Positions 36,501-48,860 of a stretch of 64,000 nucleotides of DNA are shown here, in pieces. Origin of the DNA: Dendrobates tinctorius (Eukaryota); assembly GCF_039654945.1 (NCBI RefSeq), contig NW_027361725.1:17856001-17920000 (forward strand), read 5' to 3'. The notes under the pieces were generated by a model. That model saw only the letters and a list, made by a program, of their open reading frames with translations. It was not told where the DNA came from and did no database searches. How positions within the stretch are numbered: the stretch's first letter is position 1; each line of letters opens with the position of its first letter. The translations under genes were made by a program, and so were the position numbers.

Positions 36501-38803
36501 GTGGTCCTATTGAGTGTGACGCCTAGATGCCATCTTCAGGTGATCAATCTTTCAGAATATGTGTTATCTTCCACAGAGTTATCCATATTACAAAGGGGCT
36601 TGACTTTTGTTCCTACTCACAAATTGGACAAATTTGCCTTAATTAAAGATCTATATCTTTTTTGTAGGAAGCTTACGTTTCAGGTCATTTACAAAAAAAC
36701 GGACCTGATGCGCTCCTTTCCCTCTGATGAGCGTCAAGCCTTTCAAGATTTACTGGATTTATTGGAAGAAAATGAGCCTGTCACCCATAGGAGGAAATTT
36801 CCATATAGGAACAAATCCTCCAGGACTCCCTCTTTCTCCTTGGTACCCGCTATCAAGATCTTCTTTGAACTAGTCAAACGTGATATTACCTTGATGTCTC
36901 CTCAGGTAGATACTGTGCCTAATTTAACTCCATTAGAGAGACGTGCTCTGGCTGATCTGAAGAACAACAAAGAAATAATAATTAAGGAGGCCGACAAAGG
37001 GAGAAATGTCATCTTGTGGCCCATACATCTATACACAGAAGAAGCATATAGGCCACTTAATAATTCTCGTTTTATCAGAGACTCCCTTCTGACCCTACAC
37101 AGGTTTTTCTCTCTAAGTACCAGGCATTGCTCTGCAAAGCCAATGGCTATGGCATCATCACCAATAGTGAAAAGAGATACCTTTGGGCTGACAATCCTGT
37201 GATGGCAACTTTTTATATGCTGCCAAAGGTACACTGGGACGACAAAAAAACCCTGGTTGGCCGATTATCTCTAGTATAGCGAGTCTTTGTGAAAAGGCTG
37301 GAGATAATTTAGATTTTTTTCTTACAGCCTATTGTACTTTCTTTGTCTTCATTTGTCAGAGACTCTGCTCATTTCATTGAAATCTGTTGCCGTATTTCTC
37401 TGCCTACTGAATTTTTTCTAGTGACTTGTGACGTAGAGTCACTTTACTCTAACATCAGCCATGAGAATGCCTTTTTACTAGAACTCCTGAAATTTGTCCT
37501 TTATCATAATTTTTTTCTTTTTGATAGAACATTTTTTCTGCAAACATCTGGAGTGGCGATGGGGGCGAAATGCGCGCCAGCCTATGCTAACATCTTTTTA
37601 GGCTGGTGGGAGGAGAATGTTGTATACCCCCTGGAGACCTTTCAATCTCAGGTCTGTCATTGGCATTGTTACATCGATGACCTATTCTTTGTTTGGAGGG
37701 GTACCGAGGGGGACTGTATACAGTTCTTAAACAGTCTAAATATCAATTCCTACAACATCTTCTTGACCCACTGTATTTCCAACAGTTCCGTCACATTTTT
37801 GGATTTGTCAATAGAGGTCGAGGGTCAGCATTTGGTTACTAATCTCTTTCGCAAACCAACGGCAACCAACTCCTTATTGGAATTTAACAGCTTCCACCCA
37901 ATGCTCACCAAGGTGGGTGTACCTGTTGGTCAATTTTTGCGGGTGAGATGTAATTGTACTCGTGACTGTGACTTCTTGTTACAGGCTCGCCACCTCACTG
38001 ACAGATTCCGGCAAAGAGGCTACTCTAGAAGGATTATATCTAAGGCCTTTCAACGTGCAAGGGGACAAAATCTGGTGTCACTCTTATCCCCTTAGAGACG
38101 TGATCAGGACACACAGACTAGATTCATCACAGACTTTAATAGCAGCTGGCATCAGGTAAGATCTTTCTTATCTCGACATTGGCCCATTTTGAGGACTGAT
38201 GCTCAGACTGCGGCGGTCATTTCGGATAGACCACTGCTCACTTTAAGGAGGGCCCCCAATTTGCCTGATTTGCTCACTCAGAGTCACTTCTCTAGGCCAA
38301 CTACCCGACTTAACAGAGGCATTATACTCAAGGGGTCGTTCCCCTGTGGGGATTGTAATGTCTGCCCTTTTATGCCACCTACAAGGGATCTGTTTATAGA
38401 TCCTGTTAACTCCAAGAGACTTCCGTTGAGGACGTATGTGAACTGTAAAATGAGGGATGTGATTTATGCCATCGCTTGCCCTTGCAATAAAGTATATGTT
38501 GGGCAAACATCACAAGAATTAAGAAAAAGGGCCCAAAAGCATATATCTACCATACAATTGGCAGCAACTGATCGAGAAAAGGGTAAACTGCTCACTCCCA
38601 TAGCTGCCCACTTCTTGGAGACCCATGGGGGTTCACCCAGGAATTTGAAGATTGTTGGGCTACAAAAAGTTTTCCTGGGTGCCAGGGGGGGGAGTTCACA
38701 CAAGCTATTACTACACATAGAATCCCGGTGGATTTATGCGCTAAATTCGGTGGCGCCAATAGGGCTTAATGAAGAATTACTCTTCACCGGCTTCTTGGGA
38801 TGA
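36501..38803 (+). pseudogene. Penelope RT and GIY-YIG endonuclease, disrupted
   Basis: VINLS..LQRGLTFVP, KEADKG, DVESLYSNI, GVAMGAKCAPAYAN, YIDD, CGDCNVC, VIYAIACPCNKVYVGQT..R...H, P.GLN. Confidence 0.92.
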
Positions 38804-40384
38804 ATTCTTTCTCCCCTTTCTTGTGTGAGTACATCTCCCCTTTATTCTGTATCCATTTCTTGTTCACAGGTGCCGTGATGCTTGGTTTGGAGATGCTGCT
38901 ATATTGCATAAATGGGCCTGGCTATTATTCCGGCCCACGGAGGGGAATATTTTTTGTCTCTCACGGATATTGGATGGTTCAATCTAATCACTGGAGTCCC
39001 TGTTATGGATTATGTGGCTTTTTGGGCAATTCTTCATTATAGACTATGTGGCCTTTTTGGCATCAGTTCTGGGATATGGATTGGATCTGGACGGGGCTTC
39101 CTTGGAGGAATTATAATATCTTCTGGACACTCAACATATTATGGATTGGCGTCTTCTTTCCTTATGGAGTCCAGGGTAATGACACTTGGACATGAATTGC
39201 ATCTGGACTGGACCTTACAGATGAATTGTAGCATTTTTCGGATATCTAGTTCATGATACATCGATATGCTCAATTGATGAACATTACTTATATGCATACT
39301 TGCTGTGCGCATATTGGGTTCACATTAGTTGTTTGTTAATACATGTGTCATTTTTGAGGGTGGGATTATACTGGGCTCTTTATACCAACATAGTGGTCTT
39401 GGGTTATTACTCTGCATAAGGCATTTATATGTCATGTAACCTCATATTGTTTAATTATTTGCCTTGTACTCTGGCCTTTTCTGGACCTTTGTCTAAAATC
39501 ACTTGCTACCCCTTTTTTTTCTTGATTCTTTATGGACCCATTTTTTATTCCCCTATATTATTCATTAAATTATATTTGGTTGTGTATATATGTCTTTGCT
39601 TCATATATATGTGTTTATTCGTATAAATATAAACACTGTTCACACACATTTTTTATTCATTTTTTTAGTGCTGGAACCAGTGCGCGCGCGCGCTCTTTTG
39701 CAGGTGACACCTACTGATGATACATTCTAATACATGCTGCTTTTCTGCTTTATAGGGCCATTGTGGTTCTTATTTCCATCTTTTTAATAATAAGGCTTGC
39801 TATGCATGGTATTATGCATGCATCTGTTAATATGGTGGTAATTACCACCTTTTGTGATCTTTTGATGCGCACACCCGGTTGTCACTATGACCGCGCGTTT
39901 GTTTTCATGGTGTCAGTATGGACTCCTTGGGTTCTCAGATGCGCATGCGCGGTTATCACCATGACCGCGCACCACTTAGTGAGCACGCACGCCTGTTACC
40001 TTGGTGGCAGCAATAACATCCTGTGCTTCCTAAAGTGCATTCGCGGATACCTTTTGGACTGCAAATACCTCTTTCGGTATCATGACTGGATAGTCGCTGC
40101 ATTTATTCCTATCAGGTGTGCTTTTCGGAGTTTCTCTCCCCTTTTTTCATGACTACACATTGTTTAGTGCGCATGCTCGCTGATTACCTTTGTCACAGCA
40201 ATAACATCTTGTGCTACCCAATGCACACGAGCGGATACCATCTGGACCATGATTATCACTTCCGGCACCTGGGTTGGGAAGTTGCTGCATTCATCCGTAC
40301 CAGGTGTGTTTCTGGGCATTCCCTTCCTTTTGTGACTATTGGTAAGGATATTTAAACCAATTTTATTTTGCTTTAGATCAACTT

Positions 40385-40425
40385 CCCCTGACAAAGCTGC
40401 CTTTGCAGCGGCGATATGCGTGGGG
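40385..40425 (+). ncRNA. Minimal hammerhead ribozyme motif in the Penelope 3' repeat
   Basis: CCC-CTGACAA-A-GCTGC..GCGGC-GATA-TGCGT-GGGG; position expected for a PLE hammerhead. Confidence 0.6.
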
Positions 40426-42149
40426 CCTTTCCCACCTTCCTCCTTATCCCCACTGGGACTTTGCTGCCCCTGTCCAGGTCTGGCTATTCCCCTGGAGATC
40501 ATGGTTTGACAGCACATTCTGTGCTTCTTAGCTATTATGCATTTTCATACAGGTCATTTCCTGCATTGGTGATTTCCTTGAGGCCATGTGCACATTTGAG
40601 GCTAGATAGGAGAATTTATCTCTTAATATTAAATAAACATCAATTTTATTATGCTTACATGATTATTTTGCTTATATTGTATAATCATATTCTGGCAATT
40701 TATTGTTGCATTATGCTTTGTTTGTATTGTTGGACAGGGGTTTCTTTATTGCCCATTGTGGGTGGGATATAGTGTCCATGGGGCGTTTTGGAGATGTTGG
40801 GTTATTGGTTCATGTATGTATTTTAAGTGTTTTTAATCTTATTCGTGTCCATTGTGAAATAAAGGTTTTTGCATTTTTTATATATGGATGTGCATACTAT
40901 TATTAGCCTAGTCTTTCTCTCTTGTCTTTCTCAGTAGTATCGCCTCCAGGCACGCTGTGGCAAGTCCATGATCGCCACGATAGTCCATAACCACCAGGAT
41001 ATATTGGTGCCCTCTGGCAGACTTAACTAGGGCCTTGACATAGGTAACGGCACTAGTGTACTGCAGAAGTGGAAGCCTGAAGCAGTAAGCTGATAGGTAG
41101 GACAGGTCTGGCAATAATTAACAATCTCTTGGTGACACCCGGGCTAGTAGAACTTTTGAAGTACCCACTCTTGGGTTTTGTCTATGCCCAGATGCCCACC
41201 CAAGACATGAGAATGGGCTAGTTCCCTATGCCTATAGGGTCCCGGCACTAACAGCTGCTCTAATAATTCCTTTCTTAGTATAGTTACCTGATATAGCAAA
41301 TTCTCATTTACTGCTGAATATGGAAACCTGGTGTCTGCACTTGAGCGACCCTATTTATCACAGTAACATTGTTCCATGCCCCTTTTAATGTAAGGTTCTC
41401 CATTTGAGCAGTCCCAAAATTCCCCCCAGAAACCCCCAACTCTCGGCCTCATGTGTCCTCATCTCGTCCTCATTACCAGCAGGGACACACAGAAAAAACT
41501 CATCTGCTTCTGACATTGATGGAGATTCTGCATGGTTGAACCAGCTTCTATCAGAGTAACTTGGAGCTCCAGCCTTTTGCCTTAAGTCCAAGAACAAGCT
41601 AAAGTCCTGCCCCATTATTACTGGATGTAGCAGGTTTTTTTTATCTACTCTGACCTCATGGGATTTAGTGCCACAGTTAATTTTTATAGACACTATTGCA
41701 ATGGGGCAGTCCTTGACATCACCATGAATACAGCAGATGCCCACAAGTTTTCCAGGGATTAACTTATGGGGGAGATTGGCCTTTACCAGGGTCACTAAAC
41801 TCCCTGAGTCCAAGAGTCAAGACACTAGTACCCCATTTATTGCCATGGGACATGCCTGTGGCCCCTCACTGGGCTAATAATCCACACTGCAAAACGATTA
41901 ACCCCTCTCATCACTTAGTGTGCTGGAGCATTTTTCTAGGTTCATAGCACTGAAGCTAGTAACCTCAGTGATTCATATATCCCTCCAATGACTTTGTCAC
42001 AACAGATATACATACACAGTTATGTGCAAAACAATAGCAGACTAAGATTACTATTGTGTTTATTTACTGTTTTTGTTAGAAAATATCAAACAACATGGTA
42101 AAAAATCATGACTATGGGTAGGCGAGTAATGGGCGACCAATAGAATCAA

Positions 42150-42390
42150 CAGTGAGCTGCTAATTGGGTGTAATTGACTAATTTAATGAAAGGGGGTGTT
42201 CTAATTAATAGTAGTGTGGAGTTCAGTTATTTAGATAATTCATTCTTTGAAGAAACAGGTGTCATTTATGGCCCTTATTTAAAGGAGGGCAGCAAATGTA
42301 CCTGCTGGTTGTAGCTTTTGCTCAGTGAGTAAAATGGTTCATTCAAGACATTATTCTGAAGTCAAAAGAACTTTGATAAAGAAGTAAATG
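42150..42390 (+). mobile_element. Tc1 5' relic
   Basis: MVHSRHYSEVKRTLIKK-like transposase start preceded by a Tc1-type leader. Confidence 0.5.
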
Positions 42391-42429
42391 TTTGCCTTTT
42401 TCTGGATCATCATTTTAATTTATAGTTTG

Positions 42430-43670
42430 TAGTTTATAGTTTGAACTCGATAGACTTATTTCTACTTTCAAACTTAAAACCAATGAAAGTACAAAAGCAT
42501 TGCTGAGCAGTTTTACAACTTGAGAGCATGGGTGACAAAGGCCATAAAGTGGGAGAATTACTGCTGTCCATCAAGCAGAAAATCTCACACTGGATGCTTA
42601 AACTGCAACTGGACGTTGTCATTAGCATGCCAGGAACATTGTGGCTGCCTTACATTTGGGCGAACTAGCTCATGCATTCTGCATAGTGTAAACCCTGAAC
42701 TTAATCTTGCAAAAGTTCTTAAAGAAATATACTTGCATGAGGAAGGTGGTGATCATGGTCATTTTAATTATTCTTACATGGTTGAGCATCATCTCCGGGC
42801 TTTGTAAAAATAGAAAGCTCTTCCTTAGCCTTGCAATGTTGAAACCTGTTAAAATTCAAAGCTGCATATTTTTAGAGTGGCTATAAAAGCAGCTTAAAGC
42901 TGTGAAAATTATATCGAGCAGCAGGCAAATGGGACCTTAGGTTACTTTAGCAGCTGAAGATGGGCCCATATTGCTTACTGAAGCTTTTTGAAGATGCTAC
43001 TAAATTATTTAGTGGGGAGATCTGTGGTATCAGTTATGTAATTCCACTCATGTTTATCCTTTTAAATATGCTCACATGGAGGCAATAGAGAATGAAGGAA
43101 GACAGGCAATATATACATGTATTGGGGACCTTCAAGCTCAATGTTGCATGCAGCATGATGTGTAGAAGAAGCAGCACGTGGATGTGGTTGGGGACATTGA
43201 ATTATTCTAGGCACAGACAAGTGATGAGTCTGACAGAAGTCTGACAGAGTGATATTGATGTTGACATCTCTGGCCATGATGAACAACCGCAGTTGGGTGA
43301 GGAAAGCTAACAACAGGTCATGGCAAGCTGAATGCTCAATTGTTTCTAGAAGGTGCGTTGTTAGCATTAAGTAAAGGAAATACTATTAGACAGTTGTGCA
43401 TTTTGACCATTGCTATAAAAGTTAAATGGGAAAATTATTTCCTGCTTTTTAAAGGGGGTCAAAATTTGTGCGTTATCAGAATAAGTTGTTGTATATGCTT
43501 GGCAACACTTTCAATGAGAAGACACCTGTCAACTGGAGTAATAGTGCTAGAATAAGTGAACAAGGCAGCCATAGCGATTATGATTTATTCAGATAAAACA
43601 TGATGGACCAGATGTTACATCTGCCAACTATTCCAATTCAGCAAACAGAGATGTATCTTCAGAATAACCA
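42430..43670 (+). mobile_element. Highly degraded hAT/ZBED-like transposase
   Basis: HILHSVNPELN and LLKLFEDATKLF..CGISYVIPL remnants. Confidence 0.45.
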
Positions 43671-43686
43671 GACTCTCACATACATG

Positions 43687-45001
43687 TGGAGCGCCCTCCC
43701 AGGGCTAGCGGGGTACTCGGTACCGGGCCGTTGATCTCAATGGGAGTTGTCACGGAAGCTGTGACCCGGTCCGTGGCCCTGAGGCTCCATGGCAAAAGGG
43801 GATGAATGAACAATGAAATAGAGTTTATGAATAGATCGTGATGCCACCTGTGGTGTTCGGCAAGTGAGATGTTAGGCCGACGCTGCATGCAGATCCTCTG
43901 GGACTGGTGGTGTGTTGCAGCCGAGATGGTGAAGCTCCCCACAGGCGGAGCTGTAGTCCCATGGCAGTGTGGATGTAGTAATGGAGGGGAGACGCAGGCA
44001 GGGGTAGAAGCTGGTACCCAGATGTAGCAGTGCAGAGTGTATTGGTGCAGGAATAAGTGGAGGACACCGGGGCATGTAGTTCCAAAGCTTTACTCACAGT
44101 CTGTAGTACACACTGGTGCCTGCCTCCGTGTCGTGTCCTCCACGTCAGGGTCTCAGTCAACCTCCAGGCAAGATTGGATGCTCCCTTCCAACACTCCGCC
44201 AACATGTGCCTTTCTGAACGTCTCCTCTATAGCGCCTTTAAGTGAAGTACTCCTAGTACTGAGTTACACTGGAGTTCCTCCTGACAGATGTTCCCATGAA
44301 CTCTACTTGTACGGCAGACAGCTGTAGCCTGCTTCGGGGACTCCTTACTCCTGAGTCCCGGCTCACTATCCAAGTTGCTGTTGTGCCCCCAAGTCTTGGG
44401 TGGGAGTAGTGCATTTACAGCCCACTACTCCTCCGGTGTCTGCTGCAGGACCATAAGTGTCTGTACAACCTCGGGGACCAGGCCCCGGCCTTGCGCTTAG
44501 AACTTCTTGGCAGGGTTCTCTCCTAACCCACGTCCTCTGTTCCCTTTTACTCCTACATTCCGTACTAGTTTTTCCTTCTTATGAAAGATCAGGCTTCTGT
44601 TCAATGTCTTTCTCCTTCTTTCCTTTCCTGTGCCAGCTGGCTCAGATCACTGAGGCAGCTGCAGCACTCCTTCCTCCAGCCCTCTCTCCGGGATCTTCTC
44701 TCCTCACTCTCACTGACTGACTGCACAACTGACCTGAAATCCTAAACCTTCCCACTCTTTTATGTATTCTAAACTCCACCCACCTCCCAGCACATTTCAT
44801 GTTCCAAGCAGGGAACCACCAAAGGTGCTCTGCTACACTCTAAGCAGGGACCACAATGTGGCTTTGCTACACTTCTTTGTGGTGAGGGGTGCAGGTGTTG
44901 GAGGGTGGTTAGGAGTTCCCACCTTACCTGGATCGTGGGGCACTACACCTCAGGAGGAGTTGCAGTACCTCTGTAGCGACTGAACCCTCAGGAGCGCCAC
45001 A
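43687..45001. mobile_element. Probable solo LTR (~1.3 kb)
   Basis: TGGAGCGCCC...GGAGCGCCACA imperfect inverted termini; GC-rich block in AT-rich flanks; TSD not clean. Confidence 0.55.
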
Positions 45002-46049
45002 TTTGTACTGTGTGTTTTCCAAAGTTCATGTACTTTTCTTAGTCCTGTCCACAGACACAGACATATTCTTGTCTGCACCTTGTTATTCTATACTGTGTTG
45101 TTTCTGCCACTGCCACTAGACAGTCCTACATCTACTTCCTGTCCACTTTGTTTTGTAGCTATACTGTATTGCTGCTGCCGGGAAACCCGGAGTTGGCCCT
45201 ACTTTGCCATATATCTTCTTGCCTGTCCCATCATGTGCTATACTCTGAGATTGCTGCCACGGCCAATAAATGCCCACACACACCTCCCTCTTGTCTATTG
45301 TATTGTATATCTTTAGCATGGTACATTGTGCTGGCAACTCTGTCCTATTCAGTTTAAATAAACATTACTCTGCTTCCACAAAAAAAAACTTTTACACAGG
45401 TTGCTGAGAGGCTATTTTTACGTGACTTTTAAAACAGCAAGCCTGTTACTGTCTCCTAAATAATGGGTTAATTTTTGCATGGCTTAATAAAAAGCAATTG
45501 TTTCTTCATTTTGAAAACAGAACACCTGTTGCTAATCCAAAAATATGAATAATTTTTGGGCTGCTTGTGAACAGCAATAGATTTTTAACCCCTTAAAGGG
45601 AACCTGTCACCCCCCATGGCGTTTTTAAGTAAAAGAGCCACCTTCAGCAGCACTAAGGCTGCACTCTGTGAAGGTGGCTCTTCTGTTTCTGATCCCTAGT
45701 AATGCCGAAATATTGACTTATATAAATTGTTCCCCATACCTGTGTTGAGTAGTGTTGAGCGATACCATCCGATATTGAGAAATATCGGATCGGATTGGAT
45801 CGGCCGATATCCAAAAAGTATCGGGTATTGCCGATTCCGATACCGGAAGTCCCATTCAAGTCAATGGGACAGAAATATCAGAATTAAAAAACCCCTTTCT
45901 TTCCATGTAGGTTAATTCTACCTAAAGAAAAACAGCTAAGAATAATGTAGAATGTATTGGGGGAGGTGGAGGAGACATTAAAGGCATAGAGGTTTAGCCC
46001 AATCAAATGGAAGAGCAGGAATAAAAAAATTTTTTAAAGACGTTCGGAG

Positions 46050-48800
46050 TTACAAAGATATTGACAATGTTAACCTTTTTTATATTTTGTCAGATATGTA
46101 TGTTTCACTACTTCCATGCTCTTCACCTTCTTTTTTACTTCTCCCACACTTTCTACTTCATGATCCTCTGCAGCAGCATCTTTTTCATCAACTTTTTCTT
46201 CACCTTATTCATCTTCTTCTTTACCTTCTTCCTATTATTCTTTTTTTTTACATTATTCATATTCTTCATATTCAACTATTATTCTTCTTCATATTCTACT
46301 TCTTCATTTCTTCATCTTCTTCCTATTCTTCTTCTTCATCATAGGTATTCCTGTAGTTGTTATCTATAAAAGTTTGAAGATTACACCTTTCTTTCTGCCT
46401 GTCACAAAAGATTTACAACAGGATTTGTCCGCATTCAGTTTGGCCTGCAGCAGCAGGCATTTTCCAGGGGCACCATGAGGAGGAACGGACTCACCCCCAT
46501 ACACTGCTTAGTCTTCTTCTGCTTATACTTTAGATAATATCTTTTGCTCTGATTTTTAGTCTTATGCTTAATGTTCTGCTTTTTGTTCTGCAGCTTCTTG
46601 GTCTTCTGCTTCTTGGTCTTCTGTCTCTTGTTGTTCTGCATCTTGGTGGTTGTCTTTATGTTCTTTGTCCTCTTGGTCATCTTCTTCAGGGTCATCTTTT
46701 TGGTCTTCTTCGGGGTGGTGTTCCGGGTCGTCGTCTTCAGGGTCATCGTTTTCATGGTTGTCATCTTCTTCGGGGTGGTCTTCAGGGTTGTCGTCTTCAG
46801 GGTTGTCGTCAGGGAGATCCAGAGTGATAATAAACAAAAACCATTTCCAAAAGCTTGAACTTGGAAATGTAGCAGAAGGTACAAGAAGGCTGAGGAACTG
46901 CCAAGAACCAGCTGACGGTGCTGGAACCCAGATGGGTAGCCGAAGCTGCAAGAGCCAATGGAACTAGCGAGGACCAGCTGATGGTGCTGGAACCCAGAGG
47001 GGCAGCAGAAGGAACAAGAGCCAATGGCACTACCGAGGACCAGCTGACGGTACTGGAACCCAGTAACTAAGCAGGAGGTACCTGTGCTAGAAAGCACTAC
47101 CAAGGACCAGCAGACATTGCTGGAACTTGGATACCGAGAAGGAGGCACCTCAGCCAAAGGCACTGCCGAGAACCAGCTGACAGTGCTGGAACCCAGATGG
47201 GTAGCAGAAGCAGCAAGATCTAATGGAACTAGCGAGGACCAGCTGAGGGTGCTGGAACCTGGAGGGGCAGCAGAAGGAACAAGAGACAATGGCACAACCG
47301 AGGACCAGCTGACGGTGCTGAAACACGGTTACTAAGCAGGAGGTACCTGTGCTAGAAAACACTACCAAGGACCAGCAGACATTGCTGGAACTCGGATACG
47401 GAGAAGGAGGCACCTCAGCCAAAGGCACTGCCGAGAACCAGCTGACGGTACTGGAACCCAGATGGGTAGCAGAAGGTACCCATGAAAAACAAAGTTGCAA
47501 GGCCGCGAGTCGGCCACAGTTACCGAAACCCACAGTCCTTACAGGGTGTGCTTGTCCTATTGGCACTACGGAACCAGCCTTTATTACCAGAACCCGCAGC
47601 CCACATAGGAAGCACCTAAACTGCTGGCACCATAGACTCAGCTAACCCGACCGCAACACGACAGGACAATGTATTGGTGGCAAAGTGACGTTGACACTAC
47701 CCGGAAACAGCAGGCGTGCTGGAACCAGGCTGGGCAGGAGGGAGTACCCATGCCAAAGACACTTCTGAGCAGCAATTGGCGATGTTGGAGCCCAGGGTCA
47801 ATCTGGGTGTAGGCTGAGGCCTAATTTCATCAAGTTTTATATCTGTTGTAGACTACTACTGATTTTAACTGTGCTCCAATTAGGCCTCTGGCTCCACTGT
47901 CTCTAGTATTTACCCTGTCCTCCAACACCGGCAGTTGCTGCTCAGAAGTGCCGTCTGCACAATCAACACTTGTTCCTGTGTTACTGGGGCTCAGTAACAT
48001 CAGTTGATCCCCTGATGTGTGTCAGGCAATGTCTCCTGCTCTGTCCAGGCAGCAGGAGACATTGCGGGACACACAGCAGGGGAGCAGCTGGCATTACTGA
48101 ACCCCACTAAAACAGGAGCTAGTGTTTTTTCCTGTGTGGACGGCACTTCTGAGCAACAACTGGCTGTATTGAAGCCCAGGATCAATCATGGAGCAGGCTG
48201 CAGCCTACTTGGAGCAAGTGTAAAATCGGAGGTAGTTTGAATGTGGAGGCAGCAGGAGACTTTGCCGTACACACAGCAGGGGGGCACCTGGCGCTACTGA
48301 ACTCCACTAACACAGGAGCTAGTGTTTTTTTCTGTGCGGACGGCACTTCTGAGCAACAACTGGCTGTGTTGAAGCCCAGGGTCAATTATGGTGTAGGCTG
48401 AGGCCTAATTTTCATCAAGTTTAATATCTCTTGTAGACTACTACTGATTTTAAACGTGCTCCAATTAGGCCTCTGGCTCCACTCTGTCTCCAGTATTTCC
48501 CCTGGAAGACGGCACTTCTGAGCAGCAACTGGCGGTGTTGGAGGCCAGGGGAAATACTAGAGACAGAGTGGAGCCAGAGGCCTAAATGGAGCAAGTTTGA
48601 AATCAGTAGTAATGTGAATGTGGAGGCAGCAGTAGACATTGCCGGACACACAGCAGGGAAGCAGCTAGCGTTACTGAACCCCACTAACATTGGAGCATGT
48701 GTTTTTCTCTGTGCAGATGGCACTTCTGAGCAACAACTGGTGGTGTTGGAGCCCAGGGATTACAGTTCAGATGGTAGAAACATGAACATAGCAGGAGACC
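46050..48800. repeat. Low-complexity and tandem repeat blocks inside the hAT element
   Basis: (CTT)-rich tracts; ~65-bp GACCAGCTGACGGTGCTGGAACC units with a 265-bp higher-order repeat (47038 vs 47303); ~200-bp units at 47750-48760 in both orientations. Confidence 0.85.
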
Positions 48801-48860
48801 TGGATACTATTGCCAACCAATTATTTATTCTGGAAGAGGACTGGCAAATTCTGGCGAGAT

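Larger units (their letters stand above)
36324..40926 (+). mobile_element. Penelope-like retroelement (Neptune type), 5' truncated
   Basis: RT + Zn linker + GIY-YIG, long 3' region with hammerhead motif and AATAAA; flanked by 17-bp TTTCTCAGT(G/A)GTATCGC (36307-36323 / 40927-40943). Confidence 0.9.
35620..41900 (-). mobile_element. Gmr1-like Gypsy relic (PR-IN-RT order), split by the Penelope element
   Basis: Minus-strand order: LDSGSLVTLV protease (41813), HVLGGHLG and YILVVMDY integrase (41210-40930), AIPLRNSSARSIA..LPKEIL (36323-36200), then PMPCVDELIERL..LTKGY RT (~35740-35640). Confidence 0.75.
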
